This document shows positions 43,763-53,272 of a stretch of DNA of 64,000 bases, piece by piece. How positions within the stretch are numbered: position 1 is the stretch's first letter; each line of letters starts with the position of its first letter. A model generated the notes under the pieces. It was not told the DNA's origin. It did no database searches and was given only the letters and a program-made list of their open reading frames with translations. Source of the stretch: Patescibacteria group bacterium (lineage in GTDB: Bacteria; Patescibacteriota; Patescibacteriia; UBA9934; GWF2-40-263); NCBI GenBank assembly GCA_004297215.1, contig SCUM01000001.1, positions 545,181 through 609,180 on the forward strand, read 5' to 3'. The position numbers were made by a program, and so were the translations under genes.

Positions 43763-44881
43763 ATGCGAGTGGGGATCGATGCACGCATGTTTGGGCCTCG
43801 TGTCGGAGGCGGCGGACTTGGCCGCTATGTTGAGCAACTCGTGAATCATCTGGAGGATGCCGATCGGAAAACCCAGTACGTCCTTTGGCTCCTCAACGCG
43901 AACCTCGAAGCGCCTCGCGTTTCGGAGGATCGGTTCGAGAAACGCCTCGCGGACATCCGCTGGTATACGTTACGCGAACAGCTGTTCCTCGCCCCCCGCC
44001 TGGACGCCGCGCACTGCGACCTCTTGCATTTCCCCCATTGGAACGTCCCGCTCGGGATCCGCACCCCGTTCGTCGTCACCATCCACGACCTGATCCTGCT
44101 CGACGAACCTCGCTCGGCGCGGGCGACCACGCGCGCCCCGCTCGTCTACGGAGCGAAGTACGCCGCCTACAAGGTCGTGCTTGCCCACGCGATACGCGCG
44201 AGCCGCGGGATCATCGCGGTATCCGAATACGCCAAGCGATCCATCCTGTCGCACTTTCCCGACGTGTCACCGGAGAAGATCTCGGTGGTCTACGAAGGCG
44301 TGACCGACCTACCCCCTACGCACTACCCCCTACCCCCTTCCGCTCCCTACATCCTCCACGTCGGTAACAGCTATCCGCACAAGAACCTCGAGATGCTCCT
44401 GAAGGCGTTCGTGATGGTCCATAAGGAGCATCCGGACGTGACGCTCGTGCTCGCCGGGGCGCAGGACGCCTTTTCCCGGCGCCTGGAGCGGGAGGCCGAG
44501 GCCCTCGGGATCCGCGACGCGGTCCGGTTCGTCGCGAACCCGGACGACGAGACCGTATCCGCCCTTTACCGCGACGCCCGCGCCTACGCGTTCCCTTCCC
44601 GAGCGGAGGGATTCGGCCTCCCGGGACTCGAGGCGATGAGCGCGGGGGTGCCGGTCGCCGCCGCGCAGGCCGGAAGCCTGCCGGAGGTGTACGGCGACGC
44701 GGCGCTGTACTTCCCGCCGCATGACGCCGCGGGAATGGCCGAAGCGATGGGAACGCTCCTCACGGACGAACCGATCCGACGCCAGCTGCGCGAACGCGGG
44801 CGCGAACGGGCGCGGCGCTACTCCTGGCGTCGCATGGCGGAGGAGACGCGGCGCGTGTACGAGCGGGCCATGAAGGCGTGA
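43763..44881 (+). CDS. GT4-family glycosyltransferase
   Basis: MRVGIDARMFGPRVGGGGLGRYVEQL...GNSYPHKNLEMLLKAF...AEGFGLPGLEAMSAGVPV. Carries an in-frame ctacc-type repeat at ~44310-44345. Confidence 0.8.
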   Translation: MRVGIDARMFGPRVGGGGLGRYVEQLVNHLEDADRKTQYVLWLLNANLEAPRVSEDRFEKRLADIRWYTLREQLFLAPRLDAAHCDLLHFPHWNVPLGIRTPFVVTIHDLILLDEPRSARATTRAPLVYGAKYAAYKVVLAHAIRASRGIIAVSEYAKRSILSHFPDVSPEKISVVYEGVTDLPPTHYPLPPSAPYILHVGNSYPHKNLEMLLKAFVMVHKEHPDVTLVLAGAQDAFSRRLEREAEALGIRDAVRFVANPDDETVSALYRDARAYAFPSRAEGFGLPGLEAMSAGVPVAAAQAGSLPEVYGDAALYFPPHDAAGMAEAMGTLLTDEPIRRQLRERGRERARRYSWRRMAEETRRVYERAMKA

Positions 44882-47532
44882 AGCACCCTATGGCGGTCCC
44901 CCAACCCAATCCCGGACCCCGCGTGAAGCGATCGCTCACGCACGCCGTAAGCGCGGATGCGCTCGCACGGATGCTTTTGGCGCGACGCAGGCGTTTGTCG
45001 TCGGAAGAATACGACCGCTGCGCCCCGCCCGTCCTTCGGGAGGGCGGCACCGGAGCGCCGAACCTGCGTGCCGGGCGCGGGACCGTTTCCCCCTACGTCA
45101 TCCACCTTGCGCCGGAGAGCGCGCCATCCTCATCCGACGTCGGGGCGGAGGCGGAGATCCTGCTCAACCTGCTCGAGGCGGAAGCCCTGGTCCTTCCGGA
45201 GCGCCTGGAGGACCGCTCGCTCACGCTCGAGTCGCTCGACGTGTCGGACCAACTCGCGGAGGATCTCGCGACGCGCGGGCGGCTCAACATCGCCCTCCCG
45301 CGCCTTGCATCCGCTTTCACGGCCGTTCCTCCCTCCGGACTCTCGCGTACGGAGGGCTTTGACCTCTCCGCGCTCACCCCGCCTCCCGCGCCCGAAGACC
45401 TCGCGATGCTGCTCGAACTCCCCGAAGCGGAGGAGGCCGAAGACGTTCCGGAAGAAGACGGGGCTCTTGAGGCGATCGACCTTGAGATCGCCGGGATGAT
45501 GCCCGAACCCGTCGCCATACCCTCGCCTACCACCTACCACCTACCACCTACCCCCTCCTTCTCCTTCCGCGCGGTCGCCTCGTTCGCCCTGCTCGCGGCC
45601 GCGTTCGTCATCCCCCTGCACGCGCTCGGGCTCATCGGGAGCGTGCGAGATGCCGGGTGGCGCGCCCGCGCGGCCGGCGAGGATGCCATGAACGCGCTTG
45701 AGAGCGGCGCCGCGTCGGCGCTCTCCCGCGACCCTGCCGCGGCAAGCGCCGGGTTCGCGCTCTCCGGCACCAGATTCTCCGACGCGCGCGAGGCGATTGA
45801 CGACTTGGGCGCAGGCGTCCGGCTCCTGTCTGCGGCGCTTCCCGACGGGGCGGCCCCCGATGCCGCGGCCGCATCGGACCTCTCCCGCGCCGGCGAATCG
45901 CTCGCGACCGCCGGAGAGCGCATGGCGGACGGCTTCGTCGCGCTCACGCGGCAGATCGACCCGACGCCCGCCTCGCGCCTGTCGCTCCTCGCCACCTATT
46001 TCCGCGCCGCCCTCCCCCATCTTTCCGAGGCATCCGACCTGATTTCACGCGTCCCCGTCGCCTCGGTGCCGGAGGGTTCCCGCGACGCGCTTGAGGCGCT
46101 CAAGCGCCGCCTGCCCGTGCTCGCCTCCGGCCTCGCGGAACTGCTCGAGAACGCCGACCTCGCGCTCACCGCGCTGGGCGCCGACGGGGCGAAGCGGTAC
46201 GTCCTCGTGTTCCAAAACGACGCCGAACTCCGCGCGACCGGCGGGTTCATGGGGAGTTTCGCCGAGGTCGAACTCGCGGAAGGCCGCATCGTGCGCATGC
46301 ACGTGCCGGGAGGCGGGACGTATGACGTGCGCGGGATGATGCGGCGTTTCCTCTCCGCGCCCGGGCCGCTCACGCTCCTTTCCGCCCGCTGGGAGTTCCA
46401 GGACGCCAACTGGTTCCCGGATTTCCCGACCTCCGCGCGCCAGATCATCCAATTCTACGAAGAGGCCGGCGGCACGTCCGTGGACGGCGTCGTGGCGGTG
46501 AACGCCTCCCTTCTCCCGGACCTTCTCGAAGTGATGGGCGAGGTGGAAATGCCCGGATATGCCCGCACCGTGACGGCGGACAACGTGCTCCTGGAGGCCC
46601 AGAAGATCGTGGAGATCGAATACGACCGCGAGGAAAACAGGCCGAAGGCGTTCATCGGCGACCTTTCAGGAGCCCTGCTCGAGCGCGCCGCCGCGCTTCC
46701 CGTGGACGCGTTCCCCGCCCTGCTCGACCGCCTCGCGCGATCGCTCGTCGAACGCGACGTGCAGGTGTACTTCACCGACCAGGAACTCGAGCGGCGGGTG
46801 CGCGACCTCGGCTGGGGCGGCGAACTCAAGCGGACCGACGGCGATTACCTCATGGTCGTCGATACGAACCTCGGAGGCGGCAAGACCGACCGGGTGATCG
46901 ACGAGGCCGTGGACGTTTCCGTGGCGGTGGACGCGGACGGTACCGTCACGGACACCGTGACGGTGACGCGCACGCACTACGGCGAGCCGGGCGCCCTGTT
47001 CACGGGAGTGAACAACGTGGATTACCTGCGCCTGTATGTCCCGAAGGGGAGCGTGCTCCTGTCCGCCTCGGGTTTCGACGCCCCGGACCCGTCGCTGTTC
47101 GAGTCCGTGGAGCCCGAATGGGAGATGGACGACGATCTCTTGTACGAGAAGGAGGGGGCATCGAGGCATGCGGCCTCTGGCACGGACATCTCCGAACAGG
47201 GCGGGAAGACCGTGTTCGGCAACTGGATGCAGGTCGATCCTGGGGAACGCGCGACGGCGACCTTCACCTATCGCCTCCCCTTCCGCGTGGCGGCTCCGGG
47301 CGCGCAGGAGGGTCTTGCGGATCGGCTCTGGTCCTGGCTCGGGCGCGCGCGTACCGACCGGTACACCCTTACCGTCCAGAAACAGTCCGGCGTCGCCTCG
47401 CGCACCACGAACCTCACCCTGCGGATCCCGGAGGCGTTGCGCGCCGTCTGGTCCTCGCACGACCTCAAGGGCGCTACCTTCGACAACCGCTCCGACGGCT
47501 TCTTTGCCGTGCTTTTCGAACGGTCAGAATGA
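44878..47532 (+). CDS. DUF4012-like envelope protein (N-terminal acidic linker, one TM helix, large extracytoplasmic domain)
   Basis: YVLVFQNDAELRATGGFMGSFAEVELAEGRI...FQDANWFPDFPTSARQ matches the DUF4012 signature (FQNNAELRxTGGFIGS...DANWSPDFPTSA). TM helix AVASFALLAAAFVIPLHALGLIG. Begins with GTG overlapping the upstream stop (GTGA); an alternative ATG is at 44890. Confidence 0.6.
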   Translation: MKHPMAVPQPNPGPRVKRSLTHAVSADALARMLLARRRRLSSEEYDRCAPPVLREGGTGAPNLRAGRGTVSPYVIHLAPESAPSSSDVGAEAEILLNLLEAEALVLPERLEDRSLTLESLDVSDQLAEDLATRGRLNIALPRLASAFTAVPPSGLSRTEGFDLSALTPPPAPEDLAMLLELPEAEEAEDVPEEDGALEAIDLEIAGMMPEPVAIPSPTTYHLPPTPSFSFRAVASFALLAAAFVIPLHALGLIGSVRDAGWRARAAGEDAMNALESGAASALSRDPAAASAGFALSGTRFSDAREAIDDLGAGVRLLSAALPDGAAPDAAAASDLSRAGESLATAGERMADGFVALTRQIDPTPASRLSLLATYFRAALPHLSEASDLISRVPVASVPEGSRDALEALKRRLPVLASGLAELLENADLALTALGADGAKRYVLVFQNDAELRATGGFMGSFAEVELAEGRIVRMHVPGGGTYDVRGMMRRFLSAPGPLTLLSARWEFQDANWFPDFPTSARQIIQFYEEAGGTSVDGVVAVNASLLPDLLEVMGEVEMPGYARTVTADNVLLEAQKIVEIEYDREENRPKAFIGDLSGALLERAAALPVDAFPALLDRLARSLVERDVQVYFTDQELERRVRDLGWGGELKRTDGDYLMVVDTNLGGGKTDRVIDEAVDVSVAVDADGTVTDTVTVTRTHYGEPGALFTGVNNVDYLRLYVPKGSVLLSASGFDAPDPSLFESVEPEWEMDDDLLYEKEGASRHAASGTDISEQGGKTVFGNWMQVDPGERATATFTYRLPFRVAAPGAQEGLADRLWSWLGRARTDRYTLTVQKQSGVASRTTNLTLRIPEALRAVWSSHDLKGATFDNRSDGFFAVLFERSE

Positions 47533-47533
47533 T

Positions 47534-49366
47534 ATGACGGCCCACCACCCACCGAATCCGGACCTCGCAAGGGAGTTGAAGGCCATCTACGCGCAGGACG
47601 ACGGGGAGCTCCCCGACCTTTCGTCGCTCGACCAGGCCCCGCGCCGGAGGTGGCGACGCTTCCTCGTGCGAGCCGTCCTCTTCCTCGGCATCATCTCCGC
47701 GGCCGCCTGGGGCGGGTTCTTCCTGTGGCGCGGACTGTCCACGCCCGCGCGCATCCTCGCGGGGACGATCGAAGGGTCGGGAAGCGTGCGTGCCGGCGAG
47801 GAAACGACCTATACGGTACGGTATCGCAACGAGGGCGACGTTCCCGTGGCGCAGCTCGAGCTCTCGCTCAACCTCCCCAGCGCGTTCCAGGTCACCAAGA
47901 CGACCCCGGCGGCGGATGAGGGGACCACCTGGCGCCTGGGTTCGCTCACCCCGGGCTCCGACGGGGCCGTGACCGTGACCGGCTGGTTCCGCGCCGCGGT
48001 GCCGAGCGCGCAGACCCTGCAGGCGGCCTTCACCTACCGTCCGGCGAACTTCAGCTCGGACTTCCAGGATTTCAAGTCGCTCCCCGTGTCGGTGGACGGA
48101 AGCGTGCTCAAGGCGTCGGTGACGGGCCCGGAAAAGGCGCTCCCGGGGGACACGGTCGAATACGTGCTCGAGGTCGAGAATGCCGGCTCGGTCGCGCTCG
48201 AGGGAGTGCGTCTTCTCGTCGCGCTGCCCAAGGACTTCCATTTCCTGTCCTCGCAGCCGGCCCCATCCCGCGAAGGAGCCGTTTCCTGGGACCTTCCGCC
48301 GGTCGCGGCTGGCGGCAACGCCACCGTCACCATGAAGGGAAGCTATACGGCCTCCGCGGAAGGGACGCAGGCGGTCGAGGCGCGGGTCATGCTCGTCGCG
48401 GACGTGGTCGAGCTCGCGCAGACGGCGGCGAGCGCCCGCACGGACATGCTCGGAGGCACGCTGGACTTCCGCCTGCTCGTGAACGGCGGCGAAGACGACC
48501 TTACGCTCGATTCCGGCGGGGTGCTGCGCGTGTCGATCCCCTATGGCAACCGGGGGTCCCAAACCGTGAACGACGTATCCTTCCGCCTCGCGGCCGAGAC
48601 CGGCGGCCCCGCCGCCCCGATCGATTGGGAAAAGGCCGTGGGGATCGCCGACGGGGTCCGCACGGGCAACGTGCTCATCTGGGACAAGACCGACCTGCCC
48701 GATCTTGCCGCGCTCGCGCCCAAGTCGGAAGGGGTGATCGACGTCACCCTCCCCATGCCCGCCTCCTTCGATCCCAAGACGATGTCCGACCGGTTCACCC
48801 TCACGCTCACCGCCGCGATCAAGGGCGTGGGGAGCGTCGTGAGCCCGCGCACCGTGTCGGCCACCCCGCTTGCCGTGCTCGTGAACAGCGATCTCGTCGC
48901 CTCGGCGGAGGCGCGCTACTTCACGCCCACGGGCGAGCCCGTGGGGCGCGGCCCCCTCCCGCCGAAAGCCGGGGAAACCACCGCCTACCGCGTGTACTGG
49001 ACGCTTGAGAACCGCCTGCATCCGCTTTCCGACATTCGCATGAGCGCCACGCTTCCCACCGATGCCGGCTGGATCGACCAAAAGGACGCCGCGGCGGGGA
49101 CCGTCGCCTTCGATGAGACCACGAGGACCGTGTCATGGACCGTCCCTGCCTGGCCCGAGGGCACCCCGATCATCCAGGCCTGGTTCGACGTGGTGACGGC
49201 CCCGAGCGACGCCGACGTCGGCTCGTTCCTGAAGCTGGTGAACGCCGCCGGCGCAGAGGCCACCGACACTCTCACCAAGGCGCGCTTGAGCCGCGCGCTT
49301 CCCGAGATCACGAGCGAGCTCCCCACGGACGAGGACGCGAAAGGAAAGGGAGTGGTGGTGGAATAA
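47534..49366 (+). CDS. Membrane-anchored protein with tandem DUF11/CARDB-like Ig-fold repeats
   Basis: Start ATGATATGA overlaps the upstream stop. TM helix LFLGIISAAAWGGFFLW. Repeated blocks of the type TYTVRYRNEGDVPVAQLELSLNLP.../GDTVEYVLEVENAGSVALEGVRLLVALP.... The 47036 upstream extension was rejected. Confidence 0.5.
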   Translation: MTAHHPPNPDLARELKAIYAQDDGELPDLSSLDQAPRRRWRRFLVRAVLFLGIISAAAWGGFFLWRGLSTPARILAGTIEGSGSVRAGEETTYTVRYRNEGDVPVAQLELSLNLPSAFQVTKTTPAADEGTTWRLGSLTPGSDGAVTVTGWFRAAVPSAQTLQAAFTYRPANFSSDFQDFKSLPVSVDGSVLKASVTGPEKALPGDTVEYVLEVENAGSVALEGVRLLVALPKDFHFLSSQPAPSREGAVSWDLPPVAAGGNATVTMKGSYTASAEGTQAVEARVMLVADVVELAQTAASARTDMLGGTLDFRLLVNGGEDDLTLDSGGVLRVSIPYGNRGSQTVNDVSFRLAAETGGPAAPIDWEKAVGIADGVRTGNVLIWDKTDLPDLAALAPKSEGVIDVTLPMPASFDPKTMSDRFTLTLTAAIKGVGSVVSPRTVSATPLAVLVNSDLVASAEARYFTPTGEPVGRGPLPPKAGETTAYRVYWTLENRLHPLSDIRMSATLPTDAGWIDQKDAAAGTVAFDETTRTVSWTVPAWPEGTPIIQAWFDVVTAPSDADVGSFLKLVNAAGAEATDTLTKARLSRALPEITSELPTDEDAKGKGVVVE

Positions 49367-49405
49367 AGAAAGAAGCCGCCCTGCGAACCAGGGCGGCTTT
49401 CGTGT

Positions 49406-50236
49406 TCAGGCGGCTTCGGATTCGCCGCAGATCTCCTTCACGATGCGCTTCACCGCCTCCTCGGGGGTCCCGACCTCCGTCGGCGGCTTGAGGATCGGCC
49501 GTCCGATCACGAGATAGTCGGCGCCGACCTTGACCGCTTCGGATGGGGTCATCACCCGCTTCTGGTCGTTGGCATCGGCCCAGGCCGGTCGTACTCCTGG
49601 CGTGACGATCAGGAACCCCTCCCCGCACGCCTCGCGCACGAGGCGGATCTCCTCCGGAGAACACACGACGCCGTCGAGGCCGCTTTCCTTCGTGAGGACG
49701 GCCCGTCTCACCACGAGGTCCCGCAAGGCCCGTTCCCCGGCGTCGGCATTCGCATCCGCCCGCAGGTCGGCGGAGCCGAACAGGACGTTTGGCTTGGGAA
49801 GCGTGCCGGCCTTCACCAGGTCGGAATGCTTCTGGCTGGTGAGCACGGTCACGCCGATGAGCAACGGCTTTTGACTCTCGTCCGGGAACCGCTGCTGACG
49901 GATCACCCAGGCCTCGTCACGCGCCTGCACGGCCGCACGCATGCCGGCCTCGCCGGCATCGGCATAGACGTTCGTCATGGCGACCCCATGGATCGTCGCG
50001 GCACGCACCGCGCCGGCCATCGTGGCGGGGATGTCCACCAGCTTCAGGTCCAGGAACACGCGGCCGAAACGCTTCGCCTCGTCCACGATTGCCGGCCCGA
50101 ACGCGACGAACGCCTGGAGGCCGATCTTGAGCATTCCGACATGGGCGCCGAGCTCCGAGGTATGTCGCCGGATGACGGCGTCGTTGTCCGAATCGAGCGC
50201 GACGATGATCTTCTTTGCTGCGTCTTGCGGAGTCAT
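49406..50236 (-). CDS. pyrF: Orotidine-5'-phosphate decarboxylase
   Basis: IIVALDSDN, FLDLKLVDIPATM (DxKxxDIP), LIVTPGVR; 276 aa. Strong SD AAGGAGGGG lies upstream of ATG 50236. The longer annotated ORF runs over tRNA-Arg and was rejected. Confidence 0.8.
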   Translation of the reverse strand: MTPQDAAKKIIVALDSDNDAVIRRHTSELGAHVGMLKIGLQAFVAFGPAIVDEAKRFGRVFLDLKLVDIPATMAGAVRAATIHGVAMTNVYADAGEAGMRAAVQARDEAWVIRQQRFPDESQKPLLIGVTVLTSQKHSDLVKAGTLPKPNVLFGSADLRADANADAGERALRDLVVRRAVLTKESGLDGVVCSPEEIRLVREACGEGFLIVTPGVRPAWADANDQKRVMTPSEAVKVGADYLVIGRPILKPPTEVGTPEEAVKRIVKEICGESEAA

Positions 50237-50350
50237 GCAGACCCCTCCTTTTTGCAAGGGAAATGAACGCGCGAGCACCTTAACAAACGGGCTGTAATGG
50301 GCAAGATTCATTGACGGAATCGCCTTCCGGACATACCATCGCCTCACTTC

Positions 50351-50427
50351 GCGCCCGTAGCTCAGCTGGATAGAGCGTCTCCCTCCGAAGGAGAAGGCCA
50401 CACGTTCGAATCGTGTCGGGCGCACCA
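50351..50427 (+). tRNA. tRNA-Arg (anticodon CCG)
   Basis: GCGCCCGTAGCTCAGCTGGATAGAGCGTCTCCCTCCGAAGGAGAAGGCCACACGTTCGAATCGTGTCGGGCGCACCA. Anticodon stem TCTCC/GGAGA, loop CUCCGAA; CCA encoded. Confidence 0.9.
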
Positions 50428-50458
50428 AAAACGACGTCCTCCGGGACGTCGTTTTTAT
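50428..50458. terminator. Bidirectional rho-independent terminator after tRNA-Arg, overlapping the femX-like stop
   Basis: aaaa-acgacgtcc-tccg-ggacgtcgt-ttttat. Confidence 0.6.
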
Positions 50459-51390
50459 ATCCTCCGGACTGCCCGAGCAATCCGATACGCCCCGAACCGC
50501 AGCGGATCCAGCACCAGGTCGAACGTCCCTGGCGAGTCCACGCGTTCCCCGCCGAAGCCGAGCTTGAAGCGGGTGATGCCGGCCCACGGGTGGGAATCCA
50601 GAGCGCCTTCTGGGGCCACGCCCCACCAGTCGTAGGCAATGATCCCCTTGGCCTTGGCGTCCTCGATGAGCTTCCAGTGCAGCAAAAACGGCGCCATCAC
50701 GTTGCGGTGCTCGTCGGAGGAGGCGCCGTGCAGGTAGGTCCGTGTGCGACCGAAATCGACCATGACGTTCGCGGCAATCACCTTCCCCTCGAACCGCGCG
50801 ACGGCCAAAAACGCCTTCGTCTCGCCGGACAGGTTCTTGAGCATCGCCTCGTAGTACGCCCGGTCGTGCAGGCGGAATCCGCCGCGCGAGCCCGTCGTCT
50901 TGAACAAGGCCCATACCTCGTCGTCCAACACCGGGTGTCGGACGGAACATTCAACCCCTTTTCGCTCCGCAAGACGGATGTTGTACCGCGTCTTCTCGTG
51001 CATCCCGGCGAGCAGCTCGTCGGTGCCTTTGGTGAGGTCGGTGATGAGCGTATGCGACGGCTGCACGTCGATGGTGCGGCGCGCGCGGCGGTCAGTCGAC
51101 GCGATGGACGGCTCAATACGGACGAAAGGAGATCCTTTCAGCTCCCCAAGCCCCTCAAGCTCCATCGTTCCCACCGGCCCCTTCGGGCAGTACAGGTACT
51201 TGAGGCCGAACGGCAACTTCGATTCGACGAACTGCCCGGCCCATTCCTTGAGGTCGCCGCGCCGGACCACCTTGCGCCCGAGCGACTCCTGGAACGTCCC
51301 CCATTCCCAGGACTGCAAGAATGCGCCGGAGCGGGGACCGCGCTCGGCGACGAATGCGTTCCACAATCGTTGATTCATCCCGTCTAGCAT
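50455..51390 (-). CDS. FemAB/FemX-family peptidoglycan interpeptide-bridge aminoacyltransferase
   Basis: ~311 aa. GNAT-like duplicated fold with ...RYNIRLAERKGVE..., ...FLAVARFEGKVIAANVMVDFGRTRTYLHGASSDEHRNVMAPFLLHWKLIEDAKAKGIIAYDWWGV... typical of the FemX/MurM family. Confidence 0.65.
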   Translation of the reverse strand: MLDGMNQRLWNAFVAERGPRSGAFLQSWEWGTFQESLGRKVVRRGDLKEWAGQFVESKLPFGLKYLYCPKGPVGTMELEGLGELKGSPFVRIEPSIASTDRRARRTIDVQPSHTLITDLTKGTDELLAGMHEKTRYNIRLAERKGVECSVRHPVLDDEVWALFKTTGSRGGFRLHDRAYYEAMLKNLSGETKAFLAVARFEGKVIAANVMVDFGRTRTYLHGASSDEHRNVMAPFLLHWKLIEDAKAKGIIAYDWWGVAPEGALDSHPWAGITRFKLGFGGERVDSPGTFDLVLDPLRFGAYRIARAVRRI

Positions 51391-51442
51391 ATTGGGGTCA
51401 GGTCTTGCATCGTGTTGCACAATGCAAGACCTGACCCCCTAT

Positions 51443-51988
51443 CTAGCGCGACAACCGTTTCAACGCCTGCCGGATCTTCCCTTCCGTATCCCCTTCCAGC
51501 CCGTCCAATGCGTCCGCGGCCTGCTTTCGGCTGTAGCCGAGGCCCACGAGCGCGTCTACGGACTCTTCGGCCCCTTCCGCCACTTCGGCCCCTTCTTCCG
51601 CGAGCACGCCCGAGAGCTCAAGCACGATCTTTTGCGCGGTCTTCTTGCCAATCCCCTGCACGGAGGAAAGGAAGGCGATGTCCTGGGTCATGATGCGCTT
51701 CTTCACCTCGTCGACCGGGGCGACGCAGGCGATCTTCTGGCCGCTCTTGGGGCCAACGCCCGACACGCAGATGAGGCGGCTAAACAGCTCAAGCTCATCC
51801 GCCGTCCTGAACCCGAACAATTCGCGGCCGTCGTCGCGCTGCGCCTCGTGCGTGAACAGCGTGACCTCGCCGGACAGGCCGTTCATGGCCGCTTCCGGCA
51901 TCGTGACGCGATAGCCGACGCCGGCGATCTCAACGATGAGAAAGCCGTTCCCTCGATGTGCGACCACTCCTTTCAGAAGCGCGATCAT
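51443..51988 (-). CDS. ruvA: Holliday junction branch-migration protein RuvA
   Basis: MIALLKGVVAHRGNGFLIVEIAGVGYRV (OB domain), HhH motifs (LICVSGVGPKSGQKIA) and a C-terminal RuvB-interaction domain; 181 aa. Confidence 0.9.
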   Translation of the reverse strand: MIALLKGVVAHRGNGFLIVEIAGVGYRVTMPEAAMNGLSGEVTLFTHEAQRDDGRELFGFRTADELELFSRLICVSGVGPKSGQKIACVAPVDEVKKRIMTQDIAFLSSVQGIGKKTAQKIVLELSGVLAEEGAEVAEGAEESVDALVGLGYSRKQAADALDGLEGDTEGKIRQALKRLSR

Positions 51989-52000
51989 AGCGCCACCACC

Positions 52001-53236
52001 TTACTCGCCGTCGCCATCCTTTTCAAACTCCAGGGCGTAAAACCGCGTCGCGCGCTTCTCAAGCTCCTTCTTCTTGTCCTCCGGGAGCTTCGGCCAGGGA
52101 ACTTCGCCGAGGACGGCGGCATGGATCACGGCGAGCGCGCGCCCGAACTTCGGCCCGGGTTCCATCTTGAGCAGGTCCATGAGCGCGAGCCCGTCGAGGC
52201 CGGCCTTCCGGAACCGGCGGTTGCGGTCGCGCGTGCGGTCCTCGGCGCGGCGCTTCTCCTTTTCCGCGCGCTTCCACGGGGCGTAATCGTGCTCGGCACG
52301 CAGGAAATGGATGAGGGGCGTCGGATCATGCCACACGCCGCCGTGCGGGCTGTGCCGCGCGCTCCCGCACACCCCGTCGAGCAGGAGGGCGGCCTGCATG
52401 AGGCCGATCAGGTCGTCCCCGTCGAACCCGCGGTCGGTGGCGAGCTTCTGGAGCCGGTCGATGCGCGCGGGGTTCGCCCGTCGCGAGAAATCCTCGAACG
52501 CGTCGAGGTGGTGCGCGATCACCTCCTCGAGGAGCGCCGCATCGCGATCAGTGAGCCGGTGCGCGTCGCACACGCGGTGCAGGAGGCCGTGATAGTTGGG
52601 CGTGTGCACGGCGCGATCGTGCCCGGGATAGTGGCATTGGATGCCGTACGCGTCGAAAAACGCCTGCTGCGAGGCGCGCGGCGGCTCCTGCGCGCGCTCG
52701 GAAGCGAACATGTCGTACAGCTCGAGGTACCGCGCGCGCAGCTTGGCGCGCTCCGAGACGCCGATGTCGTGCCAATGCGCCATGGGCTCGGTCTCAAACC
52801 CGAGCGCCGCGCCGCGGCTCCCGGGCAGCGACGTGAAAGACAGGGTCGCCCACTTCGCCGCGTCGTGGCACAGCGCGAAGCACTCGAACAGCGCCGCGTT
52901 CTCCTTGATCGTCTCCTCAAGGTCCTGGATCTTCCCTTCGTACCCCTTCAATCGCCGGAACTCCTCGATGTCGAGCAGGCGCAGCTTCCCGCCAACCAGG
53001 GCGTAGACGACCGTAAGGATCCGACGTAGATGGCTGTCCATGGCCGGACCCTCGCAATGGTGCGGGGGCGACTGGGGCGTGCGCAGCGACTCGGCGATGA
53101 GCGGCTCCTGCGAGGCGACCGCGCGAAGCTCGGCGTCGGCGCGCTCCCGAAGCGCCGCGTCGTGCTCCAGCCGCCGCATGGCCGCGTCCAAGTACTCGGT
53201 TTCCTGATGGGCTTTCCTCCGCATAACGGAAGCCAT
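52001..53236 (-). CDS. Hypothetical protein with an HD-domain-like motif (~412 aa)
   Basis: FALCHDAAKW (HDxxK-like) and later HYPGHD...HGLLHRV histidines. The start was set at MASVMRRK (53236), just downstream of the M23 gene terminator. Function unknown. Confidence 0.4.
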   Translation of the reverse strand: MASVMRRKAHQETEYLDAAMRRLEHDAALRERADAELRAVASQEPLIAESLRTPQSPPHHCEGPAMDSHLRRILTVVYALVGGKLRLLDIEEFRRLKGYEGKIQDLEETIKENAALFECFALCHDAAKWATLSFTSLPGSRGAALGFETEPMAHWHDIGVSERAKLRARYLELYDMFASERAQEPPRASQQAFFDAYGIQCHYPGHDRAVHTPNYHGLLHRVCDAHRLTDRDAALLEEVIAHHLDAFEDFSRRANPARIDRLQKLATDRGFDGDDLIGLMQAALLLDGVCGSARHSPHGGVWHDPTPLIHFLRAEHDYAPWKRAEKEKRRAEDRTRDRNRRFRKAGLDGLALMDLLKMEPGPKFGRALAVIHAAVLGEVPWPKLPEDKKKELEKRATRFYALEFEKDGDGE

Positions 53237-53240
53237 TTTA

Positions 53241-53272
53241 GCATAGAAAAACGACCCTGTGTTCAGGGTCGT
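53241..53272 (-). terminator. Rho-independent terminator at the end of the M23 peptidase gene
   Basis: Minus strand acgaccctg-aacac-agggtcgt-ttttct; the hairpin includes the stop codon. Confidence 0.5.

Noticed and set aside
41950-45560. CRISPR array interpretation of the short tandem repeats
   Set aside because: The repeat units are 7-8 nt, contiguous and intragenic, with no 25-40-nt repeat-spacer periodicity and no cas genes. No CRISPR array is present in the window.
47036-47533. 5' extension of the DUF11-like gene back to 47036
   Set aside because: The upstream 166 codons overlap the DUF4012-like gene in another frame and are Arg/Ser/Pro-rich. ATGATATGA stop-start coupling at 47530-47536 gives a natural start.
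50237-50950. 5' extension of pyrF to 50950 (514-aa ORF)
   Set aside because: The extension runs antisense across the tRNA-Arg gene. A strong SD (AAGGAGGGG) sits immediately upstream of ATG 50236, which yields a normal-length 276-aa PyrF.
52126-53006. Several 60-135-aa ORFs in alternative frames within the HD-motif gene
   Set aside because: They overlap a longer ORF with coherent composition; none has an RBS or motif.
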